Source: Acidimicrobiia bacterium (lineage in GTDB: Bacteria > Actinomycetota > Acidimicrobiia > Spongiisociales > UBA11373). Taken from it: a stretch of DNA of 64,000 nt. This document shows, one piece after another, positions 18,314 to 32,134 of this stretch. The notes beneath the pieces are model-generated. The model did not search any database. It was not told the DNA's origin and saw only the letters and a program-made list of their open reading frames with translations. Location of the stretch: positions 7,998 to 71,997 of the forward strand of contig DATHSA010000054.1 of NCBI GenBank assembly GCA_035464675.1. Direction: 5' to 3'. Position 1 is the first letter of the stretch. Each line of letters starts with the position of its first letter. A program made the position numbers and the translations under genes.

Positions 18314-19501
18314 TCAGGCGACCCCCAGCGCCTTCCTCGCCTCGGCGACGACGTAGATCGAGCCGGTGATCAGGATCGGATCGCCGGTGGCCATCGCCTC
18401 GGCCACGGCGGCGGCCACCGAGGCGTGGGCGGTGGCATCGACGCCGAGACGCTCCCGGGCGAGGGACGCCATGGTCTCGGCCTCGAGCGCCCGCGGGCTG
18501 TCGGCTGCCGCCGAGTGGACCTCCTGCACCAGCCCGTCGAGATGTCGAAGCATCGCCGGGACGTCTTTGTCCGCCATCGCGCCGACCACTGCGACCCAAC
18601 GGATATCCGGGAACTCCTCGCGCAGTGCCGTCGCCAGGGCGTGCATCCCCTGGGGGTTGTGGGCCCCGTCGGTGAGGATCAGCGGGTCACCCGCCACGAG
18701 CTCCATCCGCCCTGGAGAGGTCACGGTGGCCGCGGCCTCGCGTACCCCCGCCTCGTCGAGCGCACGATCGAACAGGGCCTCGACTGCTGCCACCGCGGTG
18801 GCGAAGTTGGTGACCTGATGCCTGCCCCGGAGACCCAGCCTCACGTCCTCGTAGGCCCCGAAGACGCCCTCCAGGTCGAATGCCCATCCGCCTTCCGTCC
18901 GCCCGGGGTCGACGATGCGGTAGTCCTCCCCCAGCCTCAGCCACCGGGCGTTCTGCTCTCTGACACGGGTTTCGGCGACCTCGAGCGCCTCCGGATCCAG
19001 GTCCCCGGTGACCAGGACCCCCTGGTCGTCGAGAATCGCCAGCTTCTCGGCCGCGATCTCGGGGATGGTGTCGCCCAGATAGGCGGTGTGCTCCAGGCCG
19101 ATGGTGGTGATCACCGCCACCGTCGACGTGGCGGCGTTGGTGGCGTCGAGCCTGCCACCCAATCCGGTCTCCACCACACCGACGTCGACCGCTCGCTCGG
19201 CGAACCATGCGAAGGCCAGCGCCGCTGTGAGTTCGAAGTACGTCACGAGATCCCCGGTCCGTTCCTCGTAGAGGTCCACGATCGGGGCGATGTCGGCGAC
19301 GGCCTCGGCGAACTCGCCCGGGGTCATGGGGAACCCGTTCAGGTGATAGCGCTGCTCCACGGCGTCCAGGTGGGGTGACGTGAACAAGCCGGCTCCGAGA
19401 CCATGCGCCGCGACAAGGGTCATGATCATTCGCGCGGTCGACGTCTTCCCGTTGGATCCGGCTATGTGAATGATCGGATACGCCTCGTCCGGCCGGGCCA
19501 A
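18314..19501 (-). CDS. folC: Folylpolyglutamate synthase / dihydrofolate synthase
   Basis: [13 protein letters not shown]-loop and Mur-ligase fold. The ORF-track start is TTG at 19501, but in-frame FolC-like sequence (DYEAAVAYLDSHIGRGVKPGLDRITGLLDI) continues upstream to the valS stop without any ATG, GTG or TTG. Confidence 0.85.
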   Translation of the reverse strand: MARPDEAYPIIHIAGSNGKTSTARMIMTLVAAHGLGAGLFTSPHLDAVEQRYHLNGFPMTPGEFAEAVADIAPIVDLYEERTGDLVTYFELTAALAFAWFAERAVDVGVVETGLGGRLDATNAATSTVAVITTIGLEHTAYLGDTIPEIAAEKLAILDDQGVLVTGDLDPEALEVAETRVREQNARWLRLGEDYRIVDPGRTEGGWAFDLEGVFGAYEDVRLGLRGRHQVTNFATAVAAVEALFDRALDEAGVREAAATVTSPGRMELVAGDPLILTDGAHNPQGMHALATALREEFPDIRWVAVVGAMADKDVPAMLRHLDGLVQEVHSAAADSPRALEAETMASLARERLGVDATAHASVAAAVAEAMATGDPILITGSIYVVAEARKALGVA

Positions 19502-19596
19502 TATGTCGAGCAGGCCCGTGATCCGGTCCAGCCCGGGTTTGACCCCGCGCCCGATGTGGGAGTCCAGGTAGGCGACGGCGGCTTCGTAGTCCGTGA

Positions 19597-22188
<2,592 letters not shown>

Positions 22189-22262
22189 CAGCGCTCGTCA
22201 TCATCGTGGAGCGAGTGTAGAGCACGCGGGCGCCAGACGCAGTCGGCTCTACCCTGCACCGG

Positions 22263-23450
22263 ATGACCGAACCCGGCCCGGAGCGGCGCAACCGCGAACT
22301 GGAGCGATTCCTCGAACCGGAGCGGTTGACCATCCTGCGAGCCCTCCCCGTCGTCGTCGCCGTCACAGTCGCCATCGCAACCATCGTCGCCATGGTGGTC
22401 CTGCGGCCCACAGGGGCGGAGCGTCCGGATCTCTCGGAGATCGGGATACCCCGCTTCGTCTACGACGCCGAGGTCACCGCAGTCGAATCCCGGCCATGCG
22501 CCGGCACCACCGACGTTCCCTGTGTCCTCGTCAGCTTCCGGTTGGACGAGGGGCCTGACGCGGAAAGCACCGTCGCGTTCGAGGGAGTGGTCTCCGAGAC
22601 CTCCCCCTCGTTCTCACCGGGCGACGACGTCGTCCTCGCCTACAACCCCGATGCCGACCCGGCGTTCCAGTACTCGTACTTCGATCGTCAACGCAGACCC
22701 GTGCTGCTGTGGGCGGGAATCCTGCTCGTGGTGGTGGTCATCGGGATGGCACGGCTCCGCGGCGTCACGGCATTGCTGGGATTGGGGGCAAGCGTCGTGG
22801 TCATCCTCCTCTTCGTGGTGCCGGCGATCATCGATGGACGCGAACCGGTGGCAGTCGCCATCGTCGGCGCCGCAGCGATCGCCTATCTCGCCCTGTACAC
22901 CGCCCACGGCTTCAGCCGCATGACCACGGTCGCCTTGCTGGGGACTCTGGCGGCGCTGGCGCTCACCGCCGTCCTCGCCGCCGTCTTCATCGCGGCGGCC
23001 CGCTTCACAGGGTTCACCGAGGACGTGTCCTTCATCCTCACGGCTGCCAGCTCCATCAACATCCGCGGGCTTCTCCTGGCCGGGGTGGTCCTCGGCAGCC
23101 TGGGGGCCATCGACGACGTGACGGTCACCCAGGCTTCGACGGTGTGGGAGCTACGGGCCGCCAACCCGACGATGTCGAGACTGCGCCTGTTTCGAGCGGG
23201 CATGCGCGTGGGCCGCGACCACGTGGCGAGCACCGTCAACACGCTGCTCCTCGCCTACGCGGGCGCCGCCATGCCACTACTGCTCTTCTTCGTGCTCGCC
23301 GGCCAGTCGCTCGGAACCTCCCTGAACAGCGAAATCGTCGCCATCGAGGTGATCCGGACAGTCGTCGGAAGCATCGGCCTGGTGATGGCGGTCCCGTTCA
23401 CGACGTGGCTGTCGGCGTGGATGGCCGACGACTCGGCGGCGCCTCACTGA
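22263..23450 (+). CDS. YibE/F-like polytopic membrane protein
   Basis: N-terminal TM plus an extracytoplasmic domain, then 6-7 TM helices. The motif LGAIDDVTVTQASTVWEL resembles the YibE/F family. Recognition is from memory only. Confidence 0.6.
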   Translation: MTEPGPERRNRELERFLEPERLTILRALPVVVAVTVAIATIVAMVVLRPTGAERPDLSEIGIPRFVYDAEVTAVESRPCAGTTDVPCVLVSFRLDEGPDAESTVAFEGVVSETSPSFSPGDDVVLAYNPDADPAFQYSYFDRQRRPVLLWAGILLVVVVIGMARLRGVTALLGLGASVVVILLFVVPAIIDGREPVAVAIVGAAAIAYLALYTAHGFSRMTTVALLGTLAALALTAVLAAVFIAAARFTGFTEDVSFILTAASSINIRGLLLAGVVLGSLGAIDDVTVTQASTVWELRAANPTMSRLRLFRAGMRVGRDHVASTVNTLLLAYAGAAMPLLLFFVLAGQSLGTSLNSEIVAIEVIRTVVGSIGLVMAVPFTTWLSAWMADDSAAPH

Positions 23451-23460
23451 GGGGAGGCCG

Positions 23461-24735
<1,275 letters not shown>

Positions 24736-24752
24736 CCGGTTCTCCTTCCGGC

Positions 24753-25367
24753 CTACCCGACGGCCTTGAGCTCTCTGCCCTCGAGGACCGTGTCCACCAC
24801 GCCGTACTCCTTGGCCTCCTCGGCCGTCATCCAGAAGTCGCGATCGGTGTCGACCTTCACCTTGTCGAGAGGCTTGCCCGTATGGTGAGCGAGGATCTCG
24901 TTCATCTCCTCCTTCACCCGGATGATCTCGCGGGCGTGGATCTCGATGTCCGTGGCCTGGCCTTCGAGCCCACCGATATGGGGCTGGTGGAGCATCACCC
25001 GGGCGTGGGGAAGAGCGAACCGCTTGCCGGGTGCACCCGCCGCCAGCAGGACCGCAGCCGCCGAGGCCGCCTGTCCCATGCAGTAGGTGGCGACATCGGG
25101 CTTGATGAAGTGCATCGTGTCGTAGATCGCCATCAGCGACGTCATGACCCCGCCGGGCGAGTTGATGTAGAGAGCGATGTCCTTCTCGGGCTCGTCACCC
25201 TCGAGGTGCAGGAGCTGGGCCATGATCAGGTTGGCGACGTTGTCGTCGATCGGCGTGCCCAGGAAGATGATGCGCTCCTTGAGCAGCCGGCTGTAGATGT
25301 CGAACGCCCGCTCCCCCCGGCTCGTCTGTTCGACGACCGTCGGGACCAGGTAGCTGTTCCGTATCAT
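24753..25367 (-). CDS. clpP: ATP-dependent Clp protease proteolytic subunit
   Basis: ...[11 protein letters not shown]...[12 protein letters not shown]...MLHQP (Ser/His catalytic context). Confidence 0.95.
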   Translation of the reverse strand: MIRNSYLVPTVVEQTSRGERAFDIYSRLLKERIIFLGTPIDDNVANLIMAQLLHLEGDEPEKDIALYINSPGGVMTSLMAIYDTMHFIKPDVATYCMGQAASAAAVLLAAGAPGKRFALPHARVMLHQPHIGGLEGQATDIEIHAREIIRVKEEMNEILAHHTGKPLDKVKVDTDRDFWMTAEEAKEYGVVDTVLEGRELKAVG

Positions 25368-26770
25368 TCCTCGACCTCCGTGGGCTCGGGCTTCGTGTCA
25401 GTGGCGTCGGGCGACGCCTCACCTTCGCCCTCGTCTTCGGTCTCCGACTCATCGGCAGCCGGAGTAGGCAACTGGATCTCGTTGCCGTCTTCATCGACCG
25501 GTACGGCCAACTCGAGGAGTCGGTCGACGGCCTTGCGCCGCAGGATATCACCCGACAGTGCTTCTCCCCGACCACCCTCTTCGAGGGCGGCCCGGTAGTC
25601 GTCGACCGAAACCCTCGCCTCGGCGGCGAGAGCGACGATCGTCTCGTCAAACTCCGCGGGGTCGACATCGATTCCCTCGTGCTCTGCGATCGACTCGAGG
25701 AGGATGCGACTGCGGAGGTTCAACGATGCCTGGGATCGGAGGTCCTCGATGAACGCATCCCGGTCCTGGCCGGTGATCTCGAAGTACTGATCCAGTTCGA
25801 TTCCCTGGGTCTCGAGGCGATGGGCGAAGCGATGGAACACCGAATCCATCTCGGCCTCCACGAGGGGCTCCGGCACCTCGAGGTCCATGTCCTGGATCAG
25901 CTCGTCGACGAGACGCTGCTCGAACTCGGATCGGACCCCCCGCAGCCGGATCGCGTGGATCTGCTCCTCGAGCTCCTGTCTCATCTCATCGATCGTCTCG
26001 AACTCGGATACCTCGGACACCCAGTCGTCGGTGAGGTCGGGGAGCCTCTTCGCCTTCACCCGCTTGACGAGGACCCGCACCTCGACCTCCCGTCCGCCCT
26101 CCTCGCCGATCCCCTCCGGGAGAGTCGACGGGAACTCGAGGATCGCACCGGCGGCGCTGCCCCGGAGCGCCTCGTCGAGGCCCCCGAGGAGGGAGCCCGA
26201 GCCGACCTCGTAGAGCATGTCGTTCGCCGACCCGGCGGCGAACTCCTCGCCGTCGAGCCTCGTCTTCACGTCGGCGAGCACGAAGTCGCCATCGAACGCC
26301 TCGCGCGACACGTCGTCGAGCTCGGCGAACTGATCACGCATTCGCTCGATCTGCGCATCGATGTCCTCGGCCGTCACGTCGGGGGCATCGACCTGGACGC
26401 GCCGACCTTCGTACTCCGGCAGCCGATCCACGGTGGGCCAGAGGGTTATGCGGACGTCGACCTCCACGCCGGCATCGAGGTCGCGCACGTCCTCGAGGCG
26501 GGGGTAGACGACCGGGACCAGCTCGGTCTCCCGGATCGCTGCGGCGAGGGCGCGTGGGATGGCGTCGTCGATCGCTTCTTTGCGCAGCGTCTCCGCGCCC
26601 ACCATCGACTCGACCACCTTCACAGGGGCCTTGCCGGGGCGAAAGCCCTTGATCTTCGACTCTTTGGCGAGGCGGGTCGCGGCGGAGCGCTTGCTGGCCG
26701 CGAGAGCCTCTTCGTCGATGGTGAACGTCACGATGCGCTCGAAGCGCCCGGCGTCCTTGACTTCGGTCAC
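25364..26770 (-). CDS. tig: Trigger factor
   Basis: GTG 26770 is preceded by GGAGGAGAGGGT. It gives [21 protein letters not shown]...FRPGKAP, with an acidic C-terminal tail. The longer ORF would run into tRNA-His. Confidence 0.9.
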   Translation of the reverse strand: MTEVKDAGRFERIVTFTIDEEALAASKRSAATRLAKESKIKGFRPGKAPVKVVESMVGAETLRKEAIDDAIPRALAAAIRETELVPVVYPRLEDVRDLDAGVEVDVRITLWPTVDRLPEYEGRRVQVDAPDVTAEDIDAQIERMRDQFAELDDVSREAFDGDFVLADVKTRLDGEEFAAGSANDMLYEVGSGSLLGGLDEALRGSAAGAILEFPSTLPEGIGEEGGREVEVRVLVKRVKAKRLPDLTDDWVSEVSEFETIDEMRQELEEQIHAIRLRGVRSEFEQRLVDELIQDMDLEVPEPLVEAEMDSVFHRFAHRLETQGIELDQYFEITGQDRDAFIEDLRSQASLNLRSRILLESIAEHEGIDVDPAEFDETIVALAAEARVSVDDYRAALEEGGRGEALSGDILRRKAVDRLLELAVPVDEDGNEIQLPTPAADESETEDEGEGEASPDATDTKPEPTEVEE

Positions 26771-26836
26771 CCTCTCCTCCCGGTGACGACAAACGGCGAG
26801 AACGGCCGAGCACGCGCTCCAACCGCCTCGCCTCGG

Positions 26837-26911
26837 GGTGACCGAGGGGACTCGAACCCCCGACCTCCAGGGCCACAACCTGGCGCTCTAACCGCCTGAG
26901 CTACGGTCACC
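26837..26911 (-). tRNA. tRNA-His (anticodon GTG) with encoded G-1
   Basis: G-GTGACCG...CCAGG-TTGTGGC-CCTGG...GGGGGTTCGAGTCCCCT-CGGTCAC-C. Confidence 0.9.
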
Positions 26912-26915
26912 ATGC

Positions 26916-26985
26916 GGAGCCACAGGCTCCAATTCCTCCAGGGCCGCATCACACAGGCAGCTCTACCGCCTGAGCTACGGTCACC
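26916..26985 (-). pseudogene. Decayed tandem copy of tRNA-His (pseudo-tRNA)
   Basis: The 5' leader, acceptor and D-arm (tccgcatgGGTGACCGTAGCTCAGGCGGTAGAGC) are almost identical to the functional copy. The anticodon and T arms and the 3' acceptor do not fold. Confidence 0.6.
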
Positions 26986-27031
26986 ATGCGGAACTGCTGT
27001 TCCGAACCATGCGGGAACCCGGCGCTCGCAG

Positions 27032-27104
27032 TGCCCCCGGAGGGATTCGAACCCCCGACCAAGAGCTTAGAAGGCTCCTGCTCTGTCCACTGAGCTACAG
27101 GGGC
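27032..27104 (-). tRNA. tRNA-Arg (anticodon TCT)
   Basis: GCCCCTGTAGCTCAGTGGAC...GGAGC-CTTCTAA-GCTCT...GGTTCGAATCC...CGGGGGCA. Confidence 0.9.
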
Positions 27105-27149
27105 GAGGTCCGAACACCCGCCGGGCGCTCCTCTCGGCGAGTGCCCGTC

Positions 27150-27221
<72 letters not shown>

Positions 27222-27396
27222 CGGTTCCCGGGGCAGGATAGACCGGAAGCCTCCGGTCTCCAGCTTCCCGCCTCCAGCAAGGAACGCCTCACGGGTCAGT
27301 CGTGTTTCCCGCGGGTATCGGCGTTTCTGGTGCCTCGCTTCAGCCGGCTTCGCACAGCCGTTGTCAGTGCCCAAGTCCGGCCGGGAACGAACAGGG

Positions 27397-27482
27397 TGCG
27401 GGCGGTGGGACTCGAACCCACAATGGACGTGAAGCCCACCGGGTCCTAAGCCCGGCGCCTGTGCCAATTCGGCTACACCCGC
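27397..27482 (-). tRNA. tRNA-Leu (anticodon TAG), long variable arm
   Basis: GCGGGTGTAGCCGAATTGGC...CCGGG-CTTAGGA-CCCGG, a long variable arm, GGTTCGAGTCC, then CGCCCGCA. Confidence 0.88.
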
Positions 27483-27488
27483 GGGACG

Positions 27489-27560
27489 TGGGTCGCCAGG
27501 GATTCGAACCCTGAACCTGCTGGTTAAGAGCCAGTTGCTCTGCCGTTGAGCTAGCGACCC
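27489..27560 (-). tRNA. tRNA-Lys (anticodon CTT)
   Basis: GGGTCGCTAGCTCAACGGCAGAGC...CTCTTAA loop...GGTTCGAATCCCTG-GCGACCCA. Confidence 0.85.
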
Positions 27561-27993
27561 AGAGGCAGGGTAGCAACGTCGAAATACCAGCCACCCTCGG
27601 CCAACTCGTCGATCCACACCATCGTGCGGACCCACCAATCGGTGCTGCGACGAGCCGCAACTCGGCAAACACCATGGGCGAGATGATTCTTTCGATGACC
27701 CGGGCCGCCGGCTCGATCGCCTTGATCTGCGCCCGCCGGCGCCCCTGAGTGCTCCGGCGCCCGTTGGGTCGTGGGGCTGTTCGTCTCCGCATGGCCGCCC
27801 TCTGTTCGGAGGTCGAGTCCACACCGCGGCACCACATCGACAGGGTCGGCTTCGACATCGGAAGGATCTCGGAGATCTCCGTCAGCGACAGGCCGCATGC
27901 GCGTAGCCGGCGAGCCAGACCGAACCTCTCGTCCCTGCTGAGGACGCTCCAACGACCCGCCGTGACGCGCAACTCATCTGGAACCAGATCCAT
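27551..27993 (-). pseudogene. HTH-domain ORF wedged between divergent tRNAs, apparently frameshifted
   Basis: ATG 27993 gives MDLVPDELRV...RLRACGLSLTEISEILPMSKPTLSMWCRG (HTH-like). Third-position GC drops near 27645-27650 and resumes in another frame (STDWWVRTMVWIDELAEGGWYFDV...), which ends at a TAG inside the tRNA-Lys 5' end. The unshifted frame reads through two tRNAs. Confidence 0.3.
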
Positions 27994-28045
27994 GCCGACA
28001 AGGTATGGGAATGCTGTGACGCGACTTCGTGTCACAATTCGGCGA

Positions 28046-28119
28046 CGGGCTGTGGCGCAGTTTGGCAGCGCGCGTGCTTTGGGAGCACGAGGCCGCCGGT
28101 TCGAATCCGGCCAGCCCGA
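28046..28119 (+). tRNA. tRNA-Pro (anticodon TGG)
   Basis: CGGGCTGTGGCGCAGTTTGGC...CGTGC-TTTGGGA-GCACG...GGTTCGAATCC...CAGCCCGA. Confidence 0.9.
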
Positions 28120-28646
28120 CTAGCGGTTCAGCGACTCCTCCGCCGGCTCGTCGGACTCGGCGATCAGATCGCTCTTGACTCCCGGCTTCCCGATCGCGAT
28201 CAAACCACGGATGGTCGAGCCGATGAGGAGTGCCACCGAGACGAGGAGTCCGCCGAGCAGCGCCATCGCACCGGTGAGCACGTAGTAGACGGTCGCGTAG
28301 GAGATGGTGATCTCCTCGACTTCGGCCAGGGGGACCGTCACCGCCAGAAGCAGGATCACGCCCATCACGATCCCGACGACGCTGAGCAACGAGATCTGCC
28401 GGACCCGGGCGTAGAACTGCCGCTCGAACGAGAGATCTCCGCTGAGGCTGAAACCCAGAAGGGTCAGGATCAGGGCCAACACCGTGACGAGGGCTCCCAG
28501 GGCCGATCCACCAAGGAACGGGCAGTAGGAACCAGCGCTTCGATCAGGCCCAGCGCCTTGAAGGAGGCAAGTCGGCCCACGCCGAACACGATCGCGAACA
28601 GCGCCAGGCTCGCCACCGCGCCACCGGTGAGCGCTCCCGTCAGCAT
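28120..28646 (-). pseudogene. Membrane protein split over two frames (frameshift or assembly indel near 28533)
   Basis: ORFs 28470-28667 and 28120-28482 are both TM-rich. The third-position GC pattern switches frame at ...LIEAL / GSYCPFLGGSALGALVTVLALIL.... The downstream part has only a GTG at 28482. Confidence 0.4.
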
Positions 28647-28711
28647 CGGACGGCGTTCGACTCCCACGCGGGGAAGCTACCCGACCGGAGACGGCCGCAA
28701 ACCGGCGACCG

Positions 28712-29437
28712 CTATCCGCAGCTCGTACTGAACTGGCAGGTCAGGTCGAACGTCCCCTCGACGAGCACCTGGCGCGGGTCGTCGACGAGGCGCTCCTCCG
28801 CCGTGAACGAAAAGGTCCCCTGGATCCGCTCGTGGTCCCAGCGGGTGATCACCAACTCCCCGGTCCCCTCCTGCCCCCATAGATCGTCGCTGTTCGGCGA
28901 GTAGAAGGCCGAGAAGACACCGGGAGGAGCCTCGCCGGCGTCCAAGACGCCTCCGCCGATCTCATAGGTACCAGGACCGAACGGCAGATTCGCTCTCGTC
29001 GTCGCGTTCGAGGGGAACAGTGAGATCGAATCCGACACCTCTCCACCGGAGACGGTGCAATTGAACAAGAACAGAGCCGTGATCGACTCACCGGAAGCAA
29101 GCACTTCCTCGAAGGGGGGACTGTCCTCCGTCGCGAAGAAGTCGTACTGCTCCCGGAGTTCCTCCTCCGTGTACCAGTAGTCGGTCGTGAACGCGTAGGC
29201 ATCGTCGGCGCCCTCCCATTGGCGCTCCTCGCCACCGGTGACCGTCACCGCGCACCCGCCGTCACCCCCTGCAGGAGGCGCAGTCGTCGACCCGGGCGCT
29301 GCAGTCGTTCCAGGCAGGAGGGTCGTCCCGGGGCCACTGGTCCCACTGGTCGACGAGACGGAGCCACCGTCGTCGTCCCCGCAGGCTGAAGCCAGAAGCG
29401 TGAGCACAAGACCGACCAACACGACCGAACGCCGCAT
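28712..29437 (-). CDS. Lipoprotein, unknown function
   Basis: MRRSVVLVGLVLTLLASAC-GDDDGG lipobox, a Ser/Thr/Gly/Pro linker, then a globular domain of about 170 aa. Confidence 0.75.
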   Translation of the reverse strand: MRRSVVLVGLVLTLLASACGDDDGGSVSSTSGTSGPGTTLLPGTTAAPGSTTAPPAGGDGGCAVTVTGGEERQWEGADDAYAFTTDYWYTEEELREQYDFFATEDSPPFEEVLASGESITALFLFNCTVSGGEVSDSISLFPSNATTRANLPFGPGTYEIGGGVLDAGEAPPGVFSAFYSPNSDDLWGQEGTGELVITRWDHERIQGTFSFTAEERLVDDPRQVLVEGTFDLTCQFSTSCG

Positions 29438-29501
29438 GGGACCTCCCTGGTACCAGTGACGCGCGGAACTGTATGAGTCTGTGCGGGCTAGTGGGTGCGG
29501 C

Positions 29502-29945
29502 CTACGGAACGATCAGGACCGGGCACGGCGAATCGTGTGCCACCCTGTCGGCGACCGACCCGAGAATGAGCCGCTCGACCATCCCCGCCCCGCGGCGACC
29601 GACCACCAGGAGATCACAGTCCATGTCGCGAGCCAGCGTCACGAGCGCCGACGCCGGATCTCCAATCTCTTCGGCCGAGGTCACCTCGATTCCATCCGAG
29701 TCGAGGCGGTCGAGGGTCCGATCGAGCACCGACCGCTGAGCCTCGGCCATGGATCGGGACAGGGCGTCGGCAGGCGGTGGCGATCCGACGACGCCCCACC
29801 ACCCCTCCGGGGGCCTGACGACCGTCACGACATGCAGACGGGCCCCATGGACCCGTGCCAGCGCGGCGGCGACATTCCCTGCCCGGATGCTCTGATCAGA
29901 ACCGTCGACACCGACGATGACCACCTCGGGCGACCACTCGGCCAC
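29502..29945 (-). CDS. Universal stress protein (UspA family)
   Basis: GTG 29945 is preceded by GAGGAGGTGAGC. VVIVGVDGSDQS...LLVVGRRGAG...GSVADRVAHDSPCPVLIV. Confidence 0.88.
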   Translation of the reverse strand: MAEWSPEVVIVGVDGSDQSIRAGNVAAALARVHGARLHVVTVVRPPEGWWGVVGSPPPADALSRSMAEAQRSVLDRTLDRLDSDGIEVTSAEEIGDPASALVTLARDMDCDLLVVGRRGAGMVERLILGSVADRVAHDSPCPVLIVP

Positions 29946-30008
29946 GCTCACCTCCTCTTCGAATGGCCCAAGGGTACGACGACCCCACCGGCGAGGAAGA
30001 GGCAACGG

Positions 30009-30575
30009 TCAGCGCAGTCTTTCGGCAAGCGCCTCTAGGGCACGGGCGCGATGGCTCATCAGATTCTTCTCCTCCTCGCCGATCTCGGCGAGCGTGCGGC
30101 CTCCGACCTCGAACACCGGGTCGTACCCGAATCCCCCGTCGCCCCGCTCGGCCACGGCGATCTCGCCCTCCAGTACGCCCTCGGCTGTCACCATCCGTCC
30201 GTCGGGATGGACGAGAGCGACGACGGTGCGGAAGCGTGCCGCGCGATCGGTCGTGCCCTTCATCGCCTGGAGCAGGGCCTGCCGGTTGTCCGCGTAGGTC
30301 GCATCCTCCCCGGCGTAGCGGGCGGTATGCACGCCGGGAGCGCCTCCCAGTGCATCCACCTCCAGACCGGTGTCATCGGCGACCGCAGGATGACCCGTGT
30401 GGCCCGCAACTGCTCGAGCCTTGAGCACGGCGTTCTCCTCCAAGGTGGCGCCCGTCTCGACGACATCGGGCCAGTCGAGCCCTTCGATGGGTTCCAGGCC
30501 GGGAAGAACCCTCTGCAGGACCGCCAGGACCTCCGCCGTCTTGTCGGGATTCTTGGACCCGACCACCACCCTCAT
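30009..30575 (-). CDS. rdgB: Non-canonical purine NTP pyrophosphatase (RdgB/HAM1)
   Basis: [16 protein letters not shown]...[16 protein letters not shown]...FGYDPVF. rph-rdgB synteny with an ATGA overlap. Confidence 0.9.
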   Translation of the reverse strand: MRVVVGSKNPDKTAEVLAVLQRVLPGLEPIEGLDWPDVVETGATLEENAVLKARAVAGHTGHPAVADDTGLEVDALGGAPGVHTARYAGEDATYADNRQALLQAMKGTTDRAARFRTVVALVHPDGRMVTAEGVLEGEIAVAERGDGGFGYDPVFEVGGRTLAEIGEEEKNLMSHRARALEALAERLR

Positions 30576-31270
30576 GCCAGAGCTGCGCGCTGGATGGCGA
30601 TCAGTTCCTCGATCCCCCCGGTGGCCAGGTCGAGGAGCCGGTCGAGCGTCTCCCGATCGAAGGGATGCCGCTCGGCAGTCCCTTGAATCTCGATGATCTT
30701 CCCGGCGCCCGTCATCACGACGTTCATGTCGACGTCGGCGGACGCATCGCGCTCATAGTCGAGGTCGAGCATCGGCTCCCCGTCCACGACGCCGACGCTC
30801 ACTGCGGCACAATGGTCGAGCACCGGATCGGCCGCCAGCACTCCGGCGGCGAGACCGGCCGCAACCGCATCCTTGAGCGCCACCCAGGCACCCGTGATCG
30901 AGGCGGTCCGGGTTCCGCCGTCTGCCTGGAGCACGTCGCAGTCGACCCTGATCGTCGCCTCTCCCATCACGGACAGGTCCACGACCGCGCGCAAGGACCG
31001 GCCGATCAGCCGCTGGATCTCCTTGGTCCGGCCCCCGCTGAGGGACGATCGGGATACCCGCTCCGAGCTCGAGCCGGGAAGCATCGAATACTCGGCGGTC
31101 AGCCATCCACTCCCCTGTTGGCGCATCCATGGCGGTACGTCGGCATCGAAGGAGGCGGTGCAGAGCACCATCGTCTTCCCCATCTCGACGAGCACCGAGC
31201 CAGGAGTCATCTCGGTGTAGCCGCGGGTGATGCGCACCTCGCGGAGCTCGTCCGGCTTCCGATCGCTCAC
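30572..31270 (-). CDS. rph: Ribonuclease PH
   Basis: GTG 31270 overlaps the upstream stop. [34 protein letters not shown]...[19 protein letters not shown]. Confidence 0.92.
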   Translation of the reverse strand: MSDRKPDELREVRITRGYTEMTPGSVLVEMGKTMVLCTASFDADVPPWMRQQGSGWLTAEYSMLPGSSSERVSRSSLSGGRTKEIQRLIGRSLRAVVDLSVMGEATIRVDCDVLQADGGTRTASITGAWVALKDAVAAGLAAGVLAADPVLDHCAAVSVGVVDGEPMLDLDYERDASADVDMNVVMTGAGKIIEIQGTAERHPFDRETLDRLLDLATGGIEELIAIQRAALA

Positions 31271-32010
31271 ACTTCCACCTCCATCCCCGGCACCGCATGG
31301 TCGACCGGGCCGTCGAAACGGGTGCCGGCTTCCGCGACCGACACCCCGGGATCCAGCGTAGGAGCCAGGTGCGTCACGATCAGGCGGCGAACCCCGGCGC
31401 GGGCCGCGATCGTCCCGGCCTCGCCGGCATAGAGGTGGTAGGGATAGCGCCCCTCGGGAGGGTCCCCCTGGGATGTCGCCTCGCAGAGCAGAACGTCGCA
31501 CCCCCGTGCGAGAGACTCCAGATCGCCGCCCGGCCCCGTGTCGCCGCTGTACACGAGCCGGCGTCCCCCTGCATCCAGCGCCGTGACCAGGGTCGGGACG
31601 GAGTGGAACGCGGTTCCGAACTCGAGGGTGAAGGGCCCCACACTGCGCCGATCCCCTCCCCCGACGACGTCGAACGCGAACACCTGGAACAACGCGTGGT
31701 CCGGGTCCACACCCAGGAACGCAGCGAACCGGTCCGGAAGACCTTCCGGGACGAACGTCGGGATGCCCCACTCGACGCGGGGGCGGGCCCGCATCGCGGC
31801 CAGGAGCGCCAGCATGTCGGTGCAATGGTCGGGGTGGACATGGCTCACGACGATCGCGTCAGGCCGGTCGAGGCGTTCGATCAGCGGCAGGTAGACGCCG
31901 GGGCCCAGGTCGAGGACCACCGAGGTGCCGTCTCTCTCGACCAGGTAGCCGGACGCGGGCCGGCCCGGCGTCGGGTAGGTGCCGTTGGATCCGAGGATGG
32001 TGAGGCGCAT
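31267..32010 (-). CDS. MBL-fold metallo-hydrolase
   Basis: [11 protein letters not shown] (HxHxDH) motif. 247 aa. Translationally coupled to rph. Confidence 0.8.
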   Translation of the reverse strand: MRLTILGSNGTYPTPGRPASGYLVERDGTSVVLDLGPGVYLPLIERLDRPDAIVVSHVHPDHCTDMLALLAAMRARPRVEWGIPTFVPEGLPDRFAAFLGVDPDHALFQVFAFDVVGGGDRRSVGPFTLEFGTAFHSVPTLVTALDAGGRRLVYSGDTGPGGDLESLARGCDVLLCEATSQGDPPEGRYPYHLYAGEAGTIAARAGVRRLIVTHLAPTLDPGVSVAEAGTRFDGPVDHAVPGMEVEV

Positions 32011-32134
32011 CTCCTCGGAGCGTAGGACGCGGAGACGGACCGACGGTGCCGGCCCCGACTCCTGGCCCCGGTTGTCACGGCCACCGTGGACGCGCCTGCG
32101 GGCGCCCCACGATCCGGACGCCCATGCGCGACGG

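Noticed and set aside
26916-26985. A sixth functional tRNA between tRNA-Arg and tRNA-His.
   Set aside because: Only the 5' acceptor strand and D-arm are intact. No complementary 3' acceptor strand, anticodon stem or T-arm can be drawn. I called it a pseudo-tRNA instead.
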